A stretch of DNA of 64,000 bases from Chiloscyllium plagiosum. Lineage: Eukaryota. Below, piece by piece: positions 37,470 to 48,918 of this stretch. Position 1 is the first letter of the stretch, and every line of letters begins with the position of its first letter. A program made the translations under genes and the position numbers. The notes beneath the pieces were generated by a model. That model was not told where the DNA came from. It saw only the letters and a list, made by a program, of their open reading frames with translations, and made no database searches. Location: NCBI RefSeq assembly GCF_004010195.1, contig NC_057749.1:21213838-21277837 (forward strand), in the 5' to 3' direction.

Positions 37470-37872
37470 GTATCAGGGTCTGACAGGAAACAGTCCTTCG
37501 TCAGCTATTGAAGAGTTTGTCACCGCCCATCAGTGTAACCATTACTGTGAGGCACTGGGACTAAAATCCATTGATAGCCTTCAGCTTGCCAAGTCAAAAG
37601 GATCCAAAAGCCCACTGATGACTCGGAAGGGGCACTCTGCTCAGTCAAGCCCTCAAATCCAGCGGAAGGGTCAGTCTAGCCCTCAGGTCCAAAGGAAGGA
37701 CCCCCAGTCCAGTCCACGGGCCCAACGGAAAGTCGTGTCCAGCCCACAGCCATCTCGGAAGAGCGCCACCAGTCCTGGCGTTTCTCGCAGAGCAGGCAAC
37801 ACAGAGGACAGTCACGAACCAGCAGTGAGGCACAAAACTGTGGAGATCCCCAAGTCGGTCAAACTGCGGTAA
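37470..37872 (+). CDS. ALPK3: ALPK3 last coding exon (YQGLTGN...HQCNHYCEALGL...SP-repeat tail, stop TAA)
   Basis: tttgcag| acceptor; HxCxxxC zinc-binding motif of alpha-kinases; TAA at 37870-37872. The 3' UTR end was not determined. Confidence 0.95.
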
Positions 37873-38594
37873 AATGGCGTGGGAACAGTCGGATCATCAC
37901 GGGGTTACCAAGCACTTTCTTTAAAATGTCAGCGAGCAGTTGTTTTTAACGTGGAAAAGATTTGAGTCAAATGAGGGATACGATAAACCCGATGGAAGTG
38001 AAGTGTCACCGGCAATAATGTCCACCGGGCGCTTTATGTCCGCAAGAAGCTTTGTAGGTTTGAAATGATGAGTCAGACATGGGAGGGGGGAGAGAGGGAG
38101 GGAGGGAAGGGAGGGGAGGAGGGTGGGCGACACTGGGTTAGAAGCATCACTTGAGTGCGGTGAATCTGAAGTGATTCAATGTGCGTCGGGAAGCCCTGAG
38201 GTTTGCTCTCGGACGTGCGGCCTTGCTTTTCTAACTGTTCTCTCGAGTTTATTTTGGGTAGCAGTTTGTCCCAGGTAGTGGTGTAACACAGATTGTAAAT
38301 CAGCACTTCATATTCAATCCCACTGCAATCAGTGGGATTAAATACCAAGAAGCCCAGCAGCCGAGACAGAATTCTAGACCCTATTGTATGGTTTATTTGT
38401 GTGTGTGCGCATGTGTGTTTCTTTTTAACAGTTAGCTTTTGAGATTATGGCGAGGATTGGGCTCTGCTGAAGGCATGTTGAGGGGGTAGAGAAAACAGTG
38501 ACTCAGACCTTATAAAAGGCACATTGCGTTTCATGAAAGGTACTTTGGTACTTTATAAGTACTTTCTGGTAGCAGATTACGGGTAAGTAAACTG

Positions 38595-38905
38595 CAGGTA
38601 GAAGATCCTTTATCCGAACATCCAGAAGCTGAAAAGCTCCGAAATCCAAAGGTTTTTTTTTTGTGTGAAGTTGTTTTCTCATTAACAAGGTTGTTTGTCG
38701 AGTAAAGCTAACCCAAGTCAACACCCACTCGATGCGTGTCACCCAGATGTGACATACAGGCGTGTTCTTACTTTGACATCTGCTACTCCAGTTAGTTTTT
38801 TTTTAAATTTCACCATTAGACTGTCACTTATTCTGAAAACTGAAAGATTCCGAATTCCGAGAAACAGCTGGTCCCAAGCATTTCGGCCAAAGAATCTTCT
38901 ACCTG
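38595..38905. mobile_element. Tc1/mariner (Tigger-like) MITE
   Basis: TIRs CAGGTAGAAGATCCTTT... / ...AAAGAATCTTCTACCTG followed by TA; related copy at 52023-52340. Confidence 0.75.
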
Positions 38906-39525
38906 TATTCGGTATGTATTATAATTAGCTTAGATGGAGCATTACCTGGGACCATTATTGGGAGATTGACACAAGTTTTGTACCGTTTTAAGGATGACAC
39001 TTTGCAATGCTGGGGTATGTTTGGGTTGTATTTGCAATGACTGAGGAACTCTCAGCTGTCCTGAGAGATGGCCCTCATCAAGTAATTGAAGTGTAAGTAT
39101 CAAAGAAATTTACCGAGACTGGTCATGGTGAAATTCCAGCTGACTATCACTCTCAACTTTCTGTGGTTGCTAGAAAATCAACACTGAAAAACTTCAGGAC
39201 ATGTACATGAGTAATCCCATCATTTCTCTGATCGTAGGTGATCAGCCATGATCGTATCGAATGATGGCACAGGCTGATGGGCTGAATGGCCTAATGTTTC
39301 GGTGTAATGTTGCCATCCTATCACCTCCTTTGTGATGCAAACAGATTTCACCATTTTGCTGCCAGGCGCAGTTCAACCGGATCACCGTAGAGTGGTGGAT
39401 CCCTCTTGACTGGCAGCCGTGTTTAAATGAGGAGGGATCCATCAGGAAAGCTGTGCCCACCAGGCCGTGTTGCTGTCCGGTTAGTTTCCCCTCTTGGCAT
39501 TGCTGCTCAGGAATCCAGTGTCAAT

Positions 39526-40470
39526 CAAATCTGTCCCTTTGTTGTCAGGCCCAAGCCTTGGACTCTGGACCAGCTGAGAGTGAAGGGTTCATCATGAAAG
39601 TCGGTCGTTGATGAACCCGGGTGAGAAATTGACGTCTGTTGTGAAGCGGCTACATAACACCTTCGGCTTCCAAAATGGCGCCCATGTTCCCTTACTGGGC
39701 TGGTCAAGCCAGGCCTCTCACCAGTGAGGGTTTGAGCAGTGAGTATTGAGTGTCTGCCATGGAGACTGGGCAAATTATGAAGCTCATTAGGGAGCGGTGC
39801 CCGTTGGCTGCCACAGTTGCTGCTTTGAAGCTCAGTGCTGCAGCCAGTACCCCCTCGCGCTGCGTCGAACCACAGAATAGATCTCCCACCAACACAACCT
39901 GAAGGGATCATCAACTGCTAATTGGACAATTGCTGAACAATTTGCTCCGACTTCTCTTATCCTGACTCTGCAAGTATTTGATAGGGTTTTTGTGGTAGCG
40001 TCTGCACCTCTGAATCAGAAGATCAAGTCCCGCTTGCTCCAGAGGTGGAGTATAACACTCTGCAGGTATTTGTTGCTTCTAACACTGGTTCGAGTTGCAG
40101 TCGGAGAGTTGCTGTGACTTGGGAACATGAGATGGCAATCTCATTGGAAATGACACCTCAGAAAGAGGTTGATTAGCACTCACTGTGCCAAGGAGGATGT
40201 GGAGGATGATGGGATGGGGGAGGTGGAGAAGTGTGAGCAGTCCCTGCCCACTGCTCAAACCCTCACTGGTGAGAGGCCTGTCCTGACCAGCCCAGTAAGG
40301 GAACATGGAGGCCACTTTAGAGGCTGAAGGGGTTATGTAACAACATCACAGCAGACGTCAACGCCAATTTCTCACTCGAGTTCGTCAACGACCGACTTTC
40401 CTGATGACCCCTTCACTCTCAGCTGGTCCTGAGTCCAGGGCTTGGGCCTGACAACAAAGGGACAGATTTG
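39526..40470. repeat. Long inverted repeat: arms 39526-39741 and 40249-40470, 507-bp spacer
   Basis: Manual alignment: ~21 substitutions + one 6-nt indel over ~216 bp. Confidence 0.92.
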
Positions 40471-40894
40471 CTTGGCACTGTGTGCCCAAGAGGTGATGGA
40501 GGAGCTAGACGGTGAGCTGGAGTCACTCACCCTGAGTTTCACACAGGACACTACCACTGTCTGGGAGAGCGGGGTGCTGCGTTGTCAGTGAAGCGGACTG
40601 AGATGTTCACACATGCCAACGGGTCTCACCACTCGCTGGCAGGAACCTCACCTCGCCGTTCCTGGCCCCCGCTGGAAAATGGGGCTCCTTCACCCTCGAT
40701 AGTGAGGGGCTGCTCACTGCTGATCTCTCCCGCCTCTCCCGTAATTCCCCACCCACGCCAATGTGGTTCAGGAGCTGGGAAGATGTGTGACATCACATGG
40801 GAAGAGGGAACCCTGCTGGGAAACCTTCCACGTTTCAGCAACAAAGGATTTGAGCGGAAAAAAAATACCTCGATGGAAACAGGACTGAGCGAGG

Positions 40895-41600
40895 TTGACC
40901 TTGTACAAGACATTAGTTAGACTCAGCTGGGGTACTGTGTGCAGTGCGGTGCACCACATTACAGGAGGGGGTGTGAGTACATTGGAGAGAGTGCAGAAGT
41001 GGTTTGCTCAACTGGTTCCAGGCATGAGGAACCTCAGTGATGAGGACAGAAGGAAGATGTTGGGACTGTTCTCCTTGGAGAGAAAACCGAGAGGAAATTT
41101 GATAGCGGTTTTCAAAATCACGAGCAGGCTGAGTCGATCGGAAGAAACTCTTGCTGTTCATAAAAGAACAAATGGCTTAAATTAATGTGCAAGGATTGGT
41201 GTGAGAATAAAGTTTTTGACTCAGGGAGTAGTTAGTGTATGGAATGTTCTGTCTGGACATGTGGTGGAGGCAGACTCAAATGAGGCCTTCCATAGGTAAA
41301 AACAATGACTGCAGATGCTGGAAACCAGATTCTGGATCAGTGGTGCTGGAAGAGCACAGCAGTTCAGGCAGCATCCAACGAGCAGCAAAACCGACGTTTC
41401 GGGCAAAAGCCCTTCATCAGCTTTTGCCCGAAACGTTGATTTCGCTGCTCGTCGGATGCTGCCTGAATTGCTGTGCTCTTCCAGCACCACTGATCCAAAA
41501 TGAGGCCTTCCAGAGGCAGTGGGTGGTTATTTAGATAGTAGTGTGGAGGAGATCCGCATGAGAGAACATAGCATGATGGGAAAATGGCTTCCGTCTGTGC
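40895..41600 (+). mobile_element. Old CR1 3' fragment containing a fold-back Penelope-derived insertion (41293-41497)
   Basis: LYKTLVR..LERVQKW..LGLFSLE motifs; 15-bp TSD AAATGAGGCCTTCCA. Confidence 0.8.
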
Positions 41601-42273
41601 CAAAGCAAATCTGTGATTCTGACCAAGTCATTAGGCAGGCAGGAGTACTGGCGGGCAAAGTTCACAGGTTGACTCTTGCCGAAATAATGTTAACACACAG
41701 GAAGTTAACACGAGTGCATTAAGTATTCAGGCAGGTCGCTGGTGAATTGGCATTGCTACCCAGTGGCATCATGATGTCATGTTGTGTTCTGTCTACTTGC
41801 ACGATGTGTTTAGCTAGCATTACCAAAGCAAAACACTGTGGATGCTGGAAATCTGAAACAAGTCCAGAGAATGCTGGAGAAACTCAGCAAGTTCTGGCAG
41901 CATCTGTGGAGAGAGAAGAGAGAGGGGTAACGTTTCAATAGCAGTTAATAGTTCTGAAGTAGAGACATACTGGATGAAACATTAACTTTGTTTATTTAAG
42001 CAGCAGGTTTACTCAGGGATTATGGTTTTTATATCTCCCTAAAGAAACAAAGCATTGCAAATTGCCACCTACCAATTTAGATTTGGGATACCATCATGGT
42101 GTACTCTGTCTGGACCGACATGATTTAGTTATCAGTCAGTCTGGAAATTGCTCCCTAGAAATGTTTGGCCTGGCGCTGATATGGATTGGGTGTGAGACCC
42201 ACAGAGGTCAGAAGTGGTTGAAGGTGGGCAAAGTGAACACCATCATAATTAACCCAGATTGGGAACCACTTTG

Positions 42274-42850
42274 ATTTGATTATTGTCATGTACTGAGATA
42301 TAGTGAAAAGTATTGTTTTGCGTGCTAACCAGACAAATCATACCTTATGTAAATACATCAAGGTAATATAACATGCATGTAGAATATAGTGCTACAGCTA
42401 CAGAGGAGGTGCAGAGAAAGATCAACTCTAATATCAGAAAGGTCCATTCATCAGTCCGATAACAACAGGGAAGAAGCTGTTCTTGAATCTGTTGGTACGC
42501 TTTTTTCAAACTTTTGTATCTGCTGTCCAATGGAAGAGGGTGGAAGAGAGTATCACCGGGTGGGAGGGGACTTTGATGATGCCGGCTGCTTTCCTGAGGC
42601 AGCAGGAAATGTAGATGGAGTTGATGGATGGAAGATTGGTTTGTGTGATGGACTGGGGCTGTGTTCATAACTCTGCAGTTTCTCGTGATCTCGGGCAGAG
42701 CAGTTGCTAAACCAAGCTGTGATGCATCCTGGGAGGATACTTCCTACAGGGCATCTATAAAAATTGATAAGAGTCATTGTGGACTTGCTGAATTTCCTTA
42801 GCCTCCTGAAGATGTGCTTTCTTGACTGCAGTGTCGAGGTGGATGGACCA
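42274..42850 (-). mobile_element. Rex1/Babar-like LINE 3' fragment
   Basis: TLINFYRCPVGSILPGCITAWFSNCSARDHEKLQ; LFHPLP..RYKSL motif. Confidence 0.75.
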
Positions 42851-44647
42851 CTCTCATCCTGGATTGTGCCACTGCCGCATGAACCTGGTCTGCACCATCA
42901 CACTGACTGCTCAAGCACAGCGTTAGGCAAAGTCAAACAGATTCTGAATACTCTGATAATTGTTGATTGTGCGGCTGGACTGTTTGATTTTCCCACACAC
43001 TTTTATTTAAGGTGATTCCCTACTGTACATGAACTACACTCAGCTCCCTGTGCCAGACACTGCTAAACATTCTAATCCTGATCTATTTCACTTGCAAAAC
43101 AGCTTTAAGCGTTAGCCTGTTACCTTCTGTATCCATCATGGGCTTCAGACACAGACATTGCGTTAAACCACACAGTTCTGCAGCATGAGGCCATTCAGCC
43201 CCTCAAGGGCATTCTCTTATACTGTCAGCACGTGCCTGATCTCTATCTTAGCTCGACATTTTGTTCCACATCCTGTGATACTAGAAACTAATGAGAATCC
43301 ATCAATCTTAATCCCGAACATTTTCATTGTTCCAACGTTTGCGAACATCTGAGGGAGTAAGTTTCTGCTGCCCATTGTGTGACAATTTTTTACACTTTAC
43401 ATGTGCCAATGAAATGCAGAGATGACATTAGTCCCCACGTATGCGACAGGTTTATTCGCAAGTGTTAAAATGCCCCTGCAGTCACACTCATGTCTGCACT
43501 CATGTTTACAGCTTAGCTCTTGGCTGCTTGGCTCTGAGTCCACACCCAGGCTCTGCTAATCAAGCACAGAGAGCAAAGATCAGTAGCCTTACACAGCGAA
43601 CACTTCAACTCTATGAAATGCTTTCTGATCTCAGTAATAATGGCCGGACTGCCATTTCAAAGTCTGTGTTCCATTTTTTTCCAACTTCCCCTCATATTTT
43701 CTAGATCTATTCATTCTGTCTGGATGTTAGTGGTGTTCTGGACAGGCAGTGTTAAACTCTTATCATCCGTTTCCCAAACATGGAAACACAGGAGTGAGTC
43801 TATTCTTGACAACCATCTCTTTTCATTTCACAGTTCGATACAAACTCCAGTCTGCGGTCTCCTCTTGTTAGCCAAAACCCCTTCCTGGGTTGGGGGTGGA
43901 ACAAAAATCAGCTTTTTTTTTGGTAATTTGTTATTTAAACAATCCGTTGAGCAATGTTATTGCAGCTGGAGCAGGTCGGACTTGATCCTGGCTCTCCTGG
44001 CTCAAAGATAGGGACACTTCCACTGCACAGTAAGGCACTCCCTTTTTGTTTTTGTACACCTGCCACTGAATTAATTAATTAAAACAGTTAAACACACAGC
44101 AATGGGCATGAACAGGCAGTGCATCTGTAACAAATCCAGGGGGAGGGCAGGATGAGAAGGAGGTGTCTAAATTAAAATGGAGTTGGAGCTGGATAAATAA
44201 TGCGCACTCTAAGAGTGCCCACTTGGTAAGCCAGCCTTTTCCTGTGCCGTTTTGCCTCCAGCCAGGCTATAACACACCTCTGAATGGTTTATCTTTACCC
44301 AGCCAAACCGCCCATGTTTCTGATTAAACAAAACATTTACAAGCTCATCCTAACAGAGGTAGAGCAACAACAAAATGGAAAGGGAGAGAGAGAGGAAGAA
44401 GAGTAAGTTAAAATAGAGTTGGAGCGTCCCTTCGCCCCTGTGGTGCCCACCTCTCTCAAAAGGCATTGAGGGTGTTGGCAGACATGGTGTGCTCCCTCTG
44501 TAAGGACATCCAGCACAAATGTTAAGAAAACCAGCCTTTCCTTTAAACAGAATTACTCTTACAACTGAATGTTTTGTTTCCATCTACAAATCCACTGTGA
44601 CATTTATTTTATCTATTAATCACCACCAGTTAGTCACCCATTTCACT

Positions 44648-44990
44648 GGTTAGCACTGCTGCCTCACAGCGCCAGGGAACCGGGTTCGATTCCAGCCTCG
44701 GGCGACTGTCTGTGTGGAGTTTGCACATTCTCCCCCGTCTCTGCGTGGGTTTCCTCCGGGTGCTGTAGTTTCCTCCCACAGTCCATCGATGTGCAGGTTA
44801 GGGTGGACTGACCATGCTAATATGAATCATAGTGTCCAGGGATGTGCAGGCTGGGTGGGTTAGCCATGGGGGATCCAGGGATACAGGGACAGTAGGGCAA
44901 GAGAGTCTGGGTGGGAAGTTCTTCAGTGGATCAGTGTGGACTCGATGGGCCAAATGGCCTGCTTCCACACTGTATAGATCCTATGATTCT
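44648..44990 (+). mobile_element. HE1-type SINE
   Basis: GGTTAGCACTGCTGCCTCACAGCGCCAGGG..GGTTCGATTCC, V-domain, tail. Confidence 0.85.
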
Positions 44991-45437
44991 CTAACTGAAT
45001 AATTTAGGCATAAAGCAGACCAACAGAAGGGAGATGGGGTGGGGCATTTAAAATGTGTGCTTCGTGACTGTATTAGGACAGGACATTGCCCAGTGGTATT
45101 ATCAGTGGATTCAGGATAATATTCCAGAAACCGTGGGACATGGTGGAATTTGGATTCGATAAAAATCTGGAGTTTGTCAATTGTTTGGAAAAACCCATCT
45201 GATGCCATGTAGGGAAGGAAATCTGCCATCCTTACCTGGTCTGGCCTATCTGTGACTCCAGACCCACAGCAATGGGGTTGAATCTTAACTGCCCTCTGGG
45301 GTGGGGCAATAAATGTTAGCGACACCCTCATCCCGTGATTGAATAAAACAAAGATCTCTTGAGCAAGTCCTCCGTGGAAAAGCATTTGCAATGTCGCTGA
45401 AGGGCTGTTCTGGTGCAGTGGTAGTGTCCCTACCTCT

Positions 45438-45653
45438 GAGCTGAAAATGTGTTGCTGGAAAAGTGCAGCAGGTCAAGCAGCATCCAGGGAACAGGAGAAT
45501 CGACGTTTCGGGCATAAGCCCTTCTTCCTGAAGAAGGGCTTATGCCCGAAACGTCGATTCTCCTGTTCTCTGGATGCTGCCTGACCTGCTGCGCTTTTCC
45601 AGCAACACATTTTCAGCTCTGATCTCCAGCATCTGCAGACCTCACTTTCTCCT
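45438..45653. mobile_element. Palindromic Penelope-derived insertion in a tRNA-like SINE head
   Basis: Arms 45438-45527 and 45530-45619; TSD CC(C/T)TACCTCTGA at 45428-45439 and 45654-45665; intact hammerhead core 45528-45555 (+). Confidence 0.88.
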
Positions 45654-46567
45654 CCTTACCTCTGAACCAGTTCAAGTCCCACCTGCTCCAGACACATGTC
45701 ATAGCATCTCTGAACAGGGCGCTGAGGGAGATATACAATGTTGTCCAGCAGCAGATGATCTCTGGGTTTGGGGCCTTAGTTACTGAATAACACCTTGGAT
45801 GGGGAACCTTTCCCAGTTCCCATCTCGTTGAGCCATTTGGAACCGATACTGCCAGATCGCAGGCCCAACTGAAACCGAGTGGAGAGTGGCCAATCATATA
45901 TCAGCCCGAACCCCGTGAGCTATCAGAATGGGGAATCCGGTCAGTCTAAACGAAGTCTTTCTAAATGAAGAGAGAGAATGAGAGTTTGTGCTGCACTGTC
46001 ATTTCTCAGTTCCAGTATTCCTGCTGATCATCAACTGGATGAAAACTCTCTCCACTCAATTCCTCAAAACACAACTTTAACCCTTTATTAACGTGTAAGG
46101 CTGACTAGAACGATTTATGACTTCAGATATTACTGAACAAACCAATATAATCTAGTGAAAGCAGAAGTACTTGTGGACCAAGAAATATGAAAGCAAGGAT
46201 CAACTACACCACGTAGAAGATTCAATAGGAATTTATTTTTGGGGACATTGCTCACTTACTGAAAAAATTAAGTATAAGTAAATAATAGAGAAAAAAGTTA
46301 CTATATGATGGAAATTTAACTTCAATAAAAATGTTTTACAACTATTCTGTAATTTAAATAATTAGTTAGTCCACCCAGAATACTTTTAAAAATTCTTTCC
46401 TGATGCATGGGTGTCACTGTCAAGGTGACTATTTGTTCCCTGTCCCTAATTGCTCTTGATCTGAGTGGCTTGTGAGACCAATTCAGGGGACAGTTAAGAG
46501 TTCACACATTGATGTGGGTCTGGAGTCACGTGTCGTTCAGACCAGGTAAGAACAGGAGATTGTTCTT

Positions 46568-46875
46568 ACTGCTACCTCACAGCACCATGGCTCCAGGTTC
46601 GATTCCTGCCTCGGGTGACTGTCTGTGTGGAGTTTGCACATTCTCCCCGTGTCTGCGTGGGTTTCCACCGGTCCTCCCACGATCCAAAGATGTGCAGATT
46701 AGGTGAATGGCCATGCTAAATTGCCCGTAGTGTTCAGGGATGTGTGGGTTAGGGGCATTAGTCAGAGGTAAATGTAGAGTAGTAGGTTAGGGGAATGGAT
46801 TTGGGTGGGATTCTCTTCGAAGGGTGGTGCGGACCTGTTGGGCCTAATGGCCTGTGTCCACACTGTAGGGATTCT
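46568..46875 (+). mobile_element. HE1-type SINE
   Basis: B box, V-domain and tail. Confidence 0.8.
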
Positions 46876-47459
46876 CATCCATTTATCAGCTGCAGTTAAC
46901 TATTTTCACAGATAAGGCCTGTTTGGGTTTGGAAACCATTTTGTTTCACAGCAGAGGGATTGTGACCTTTTCTTTATTAAAATTAAACTAGTTTTTTTTC
47001 CTTCATGAAACATCTTTGTGATAGTACTTACTGTTGCCAAAGGAATCTGCTTAAATAAGTGCAAAGTTTTGGTTCAGTTTTTGAATTTTGATATAATTCT
47101 GTCATCGTTTCCTTCCTTCCTGCTCTTTGTCCCTGTGTTCTCTGCCAGCGTTAGCCGGTCTGGCCTAATGTGACTCCAAACCCACACCAATGAGGCTGAC
47201 TCTTAACTGCCCCCTGGGCTGGGCAATAAATGTCAGTAACTCTTAAGTCAAACGAATACCAAATAATACAATCTTCTTAATATAGCGAGGTACACCCATG
47301 TACTTATAAGAAGGAAAGCAGACCAAAACATTGCCAAAGAGTACATTTCAGGGCAAATAAATCAAAGTTGACCAATGAGGCAGGCTGTAAGCAGCTTCTA
47401 AATGGAGGACAGAAAGGTGATGTTGCTGAGGTATTTGGGAAGAAGCCACAGGGCTGCAG

Positions 47460-47920
47460 GAACATAGAACATTACCGCAGTACAGGCCCTTTGGCCCTCG
47501 ATATTGCGCTCACCTGTGGAACCAATCTGAAGCCCTTCTATCCTACACTGTTCCATTTTCATCCATATGTCTATCCAATGGCCATTTGAATGCCCTTAAA
47601 GTTGCGAGTCTACTAATGTTTCAGGCTGTGCGTTCCACACCCCTACTACTCTCTGAGTAAAGAAACTACCTCTGATGTCTGTCCAATATCTATCAGCCCT
47701 CAATTTAAAGCTATGTTCCCTCGTGCTAGCCATCACCATCCGAGGAAAAAGGCTCTCACTGTCCACCCTCTCTAACCCTTGATTATCTTATATTTATCAA
47801 TTAAGTCACCTCTCAACCTTATTCTGTAATGAAAACAGCCTCAAGTACCTCAGCCTTTCCTCATTAGGCCTTCCCTCCATACCAAGTAACATCCTAGTAA
47901 ATTTCCTCTGAAACCTTTCA
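47460..47920 (-). mobile_element. CR1 LINE 3' fragment
   Basis: AACATAG tail repeats; GDLIDKYKII..VDSESLFPRMVMASTREH-like translation on the minus strand. Confidence 0.75.
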
Positions 47921-48103
47921 GGACTGTTAAGATGTCCCTACGATGGAGAAAGGCAGTGTTGCAGAGAGTTGTGGGCATGTAGTTACAGAGGTTGAGGCTT
48001 GGGAGAGGTCTTGGTAGGATATGAACAAGTGAATGAGGGGTTTAAATCAAGTGTTTGGGGAGCTAGGAATCAGTGTGTCTATCTACAGATATTTGGTGGT
48101 GCC

Positions 48104-48918
48104 AGTGTTGGACTGAGGTGGACAAAGTTAAAAATCACACAACACCAGGTTATAGTCAAGCAGGTTTATTTGGAAGCACTAGCTTTCGGAGCGCTGCTCC
48201 TTCATCAGGTGGTTGTGGAGTATAGGACCATAGAACACAGAATGTATAGCGAAAGGATTACGGTGTCATGGAGCTGTAGTGATATATTAAGCAACTTTAG
48301 ATTAAGCCTTTCATCTTTTAGAATGGGGTTTGCTAGTTTCAGTTCTTTAATATGTAAATCCCAGAACGTCTTTTAAGTTACATTCTCAGGATAGCTTCAG
48401 TTTTTCTAACAATAGGTGCCATCTCAGCTCAGACAATGCATTCAAGGTGTGAGGTTAAGACAGACAGACTTGATCTGTCATGGTTGTTCTAAGTTAAAAA
48501 TCACAAAACTCCAGGTTATAGTCCAACAGGTTTAACTGGAAGCACTAGCTTTCGGGGCGACGCTCCTTCATCAGATGGTAGTACCCCCTGATGAAGGAAC
48601 AGTGCTCCGAAAGCTAGTGCTTCCAGTTAAACCTGTTGGACTATAACCTGGTGTTGTGTGATTTTTTAACTTTGTACACCCCAGTCCAACACCGGCATCT
48701 CCGAATCATGGTTATTCTAAAAATTGTCATTCTAAAAGATGAAAGACTTAACAAACAATCCAGGTCATTTTCAGTTACCTCAAACTGTAAACTTTTGCTA
48801 TAAATTCTGTGTTTTACAATTTTATACTCCACAACCACTTGATGAAGGAGGAGTGCTCTGAAATCTAGTGCTTCCAAATAAACCTGTTGGACTATAACCT
48901 GGTGTTGTGTGATTTTTG
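48104..48918. mobile_element. Nested inverted Penelope-like ends (four hammerhead-like cores)
   Basis: Outer inverted pair ~48104-48330 / ~48725-48918; inner fold-back insertion 48493-48705 with TSD TCATGGTT(G/A)TTCTAA. Confidence 0.85.

Noticed and set aside
44648..44705. tRNA-like sequences with A/B boxes (also 8534, 24497, 49510, 53123)
   Set aside because: SINE heads continuing into SINE bodies; no complete cloverleaf.
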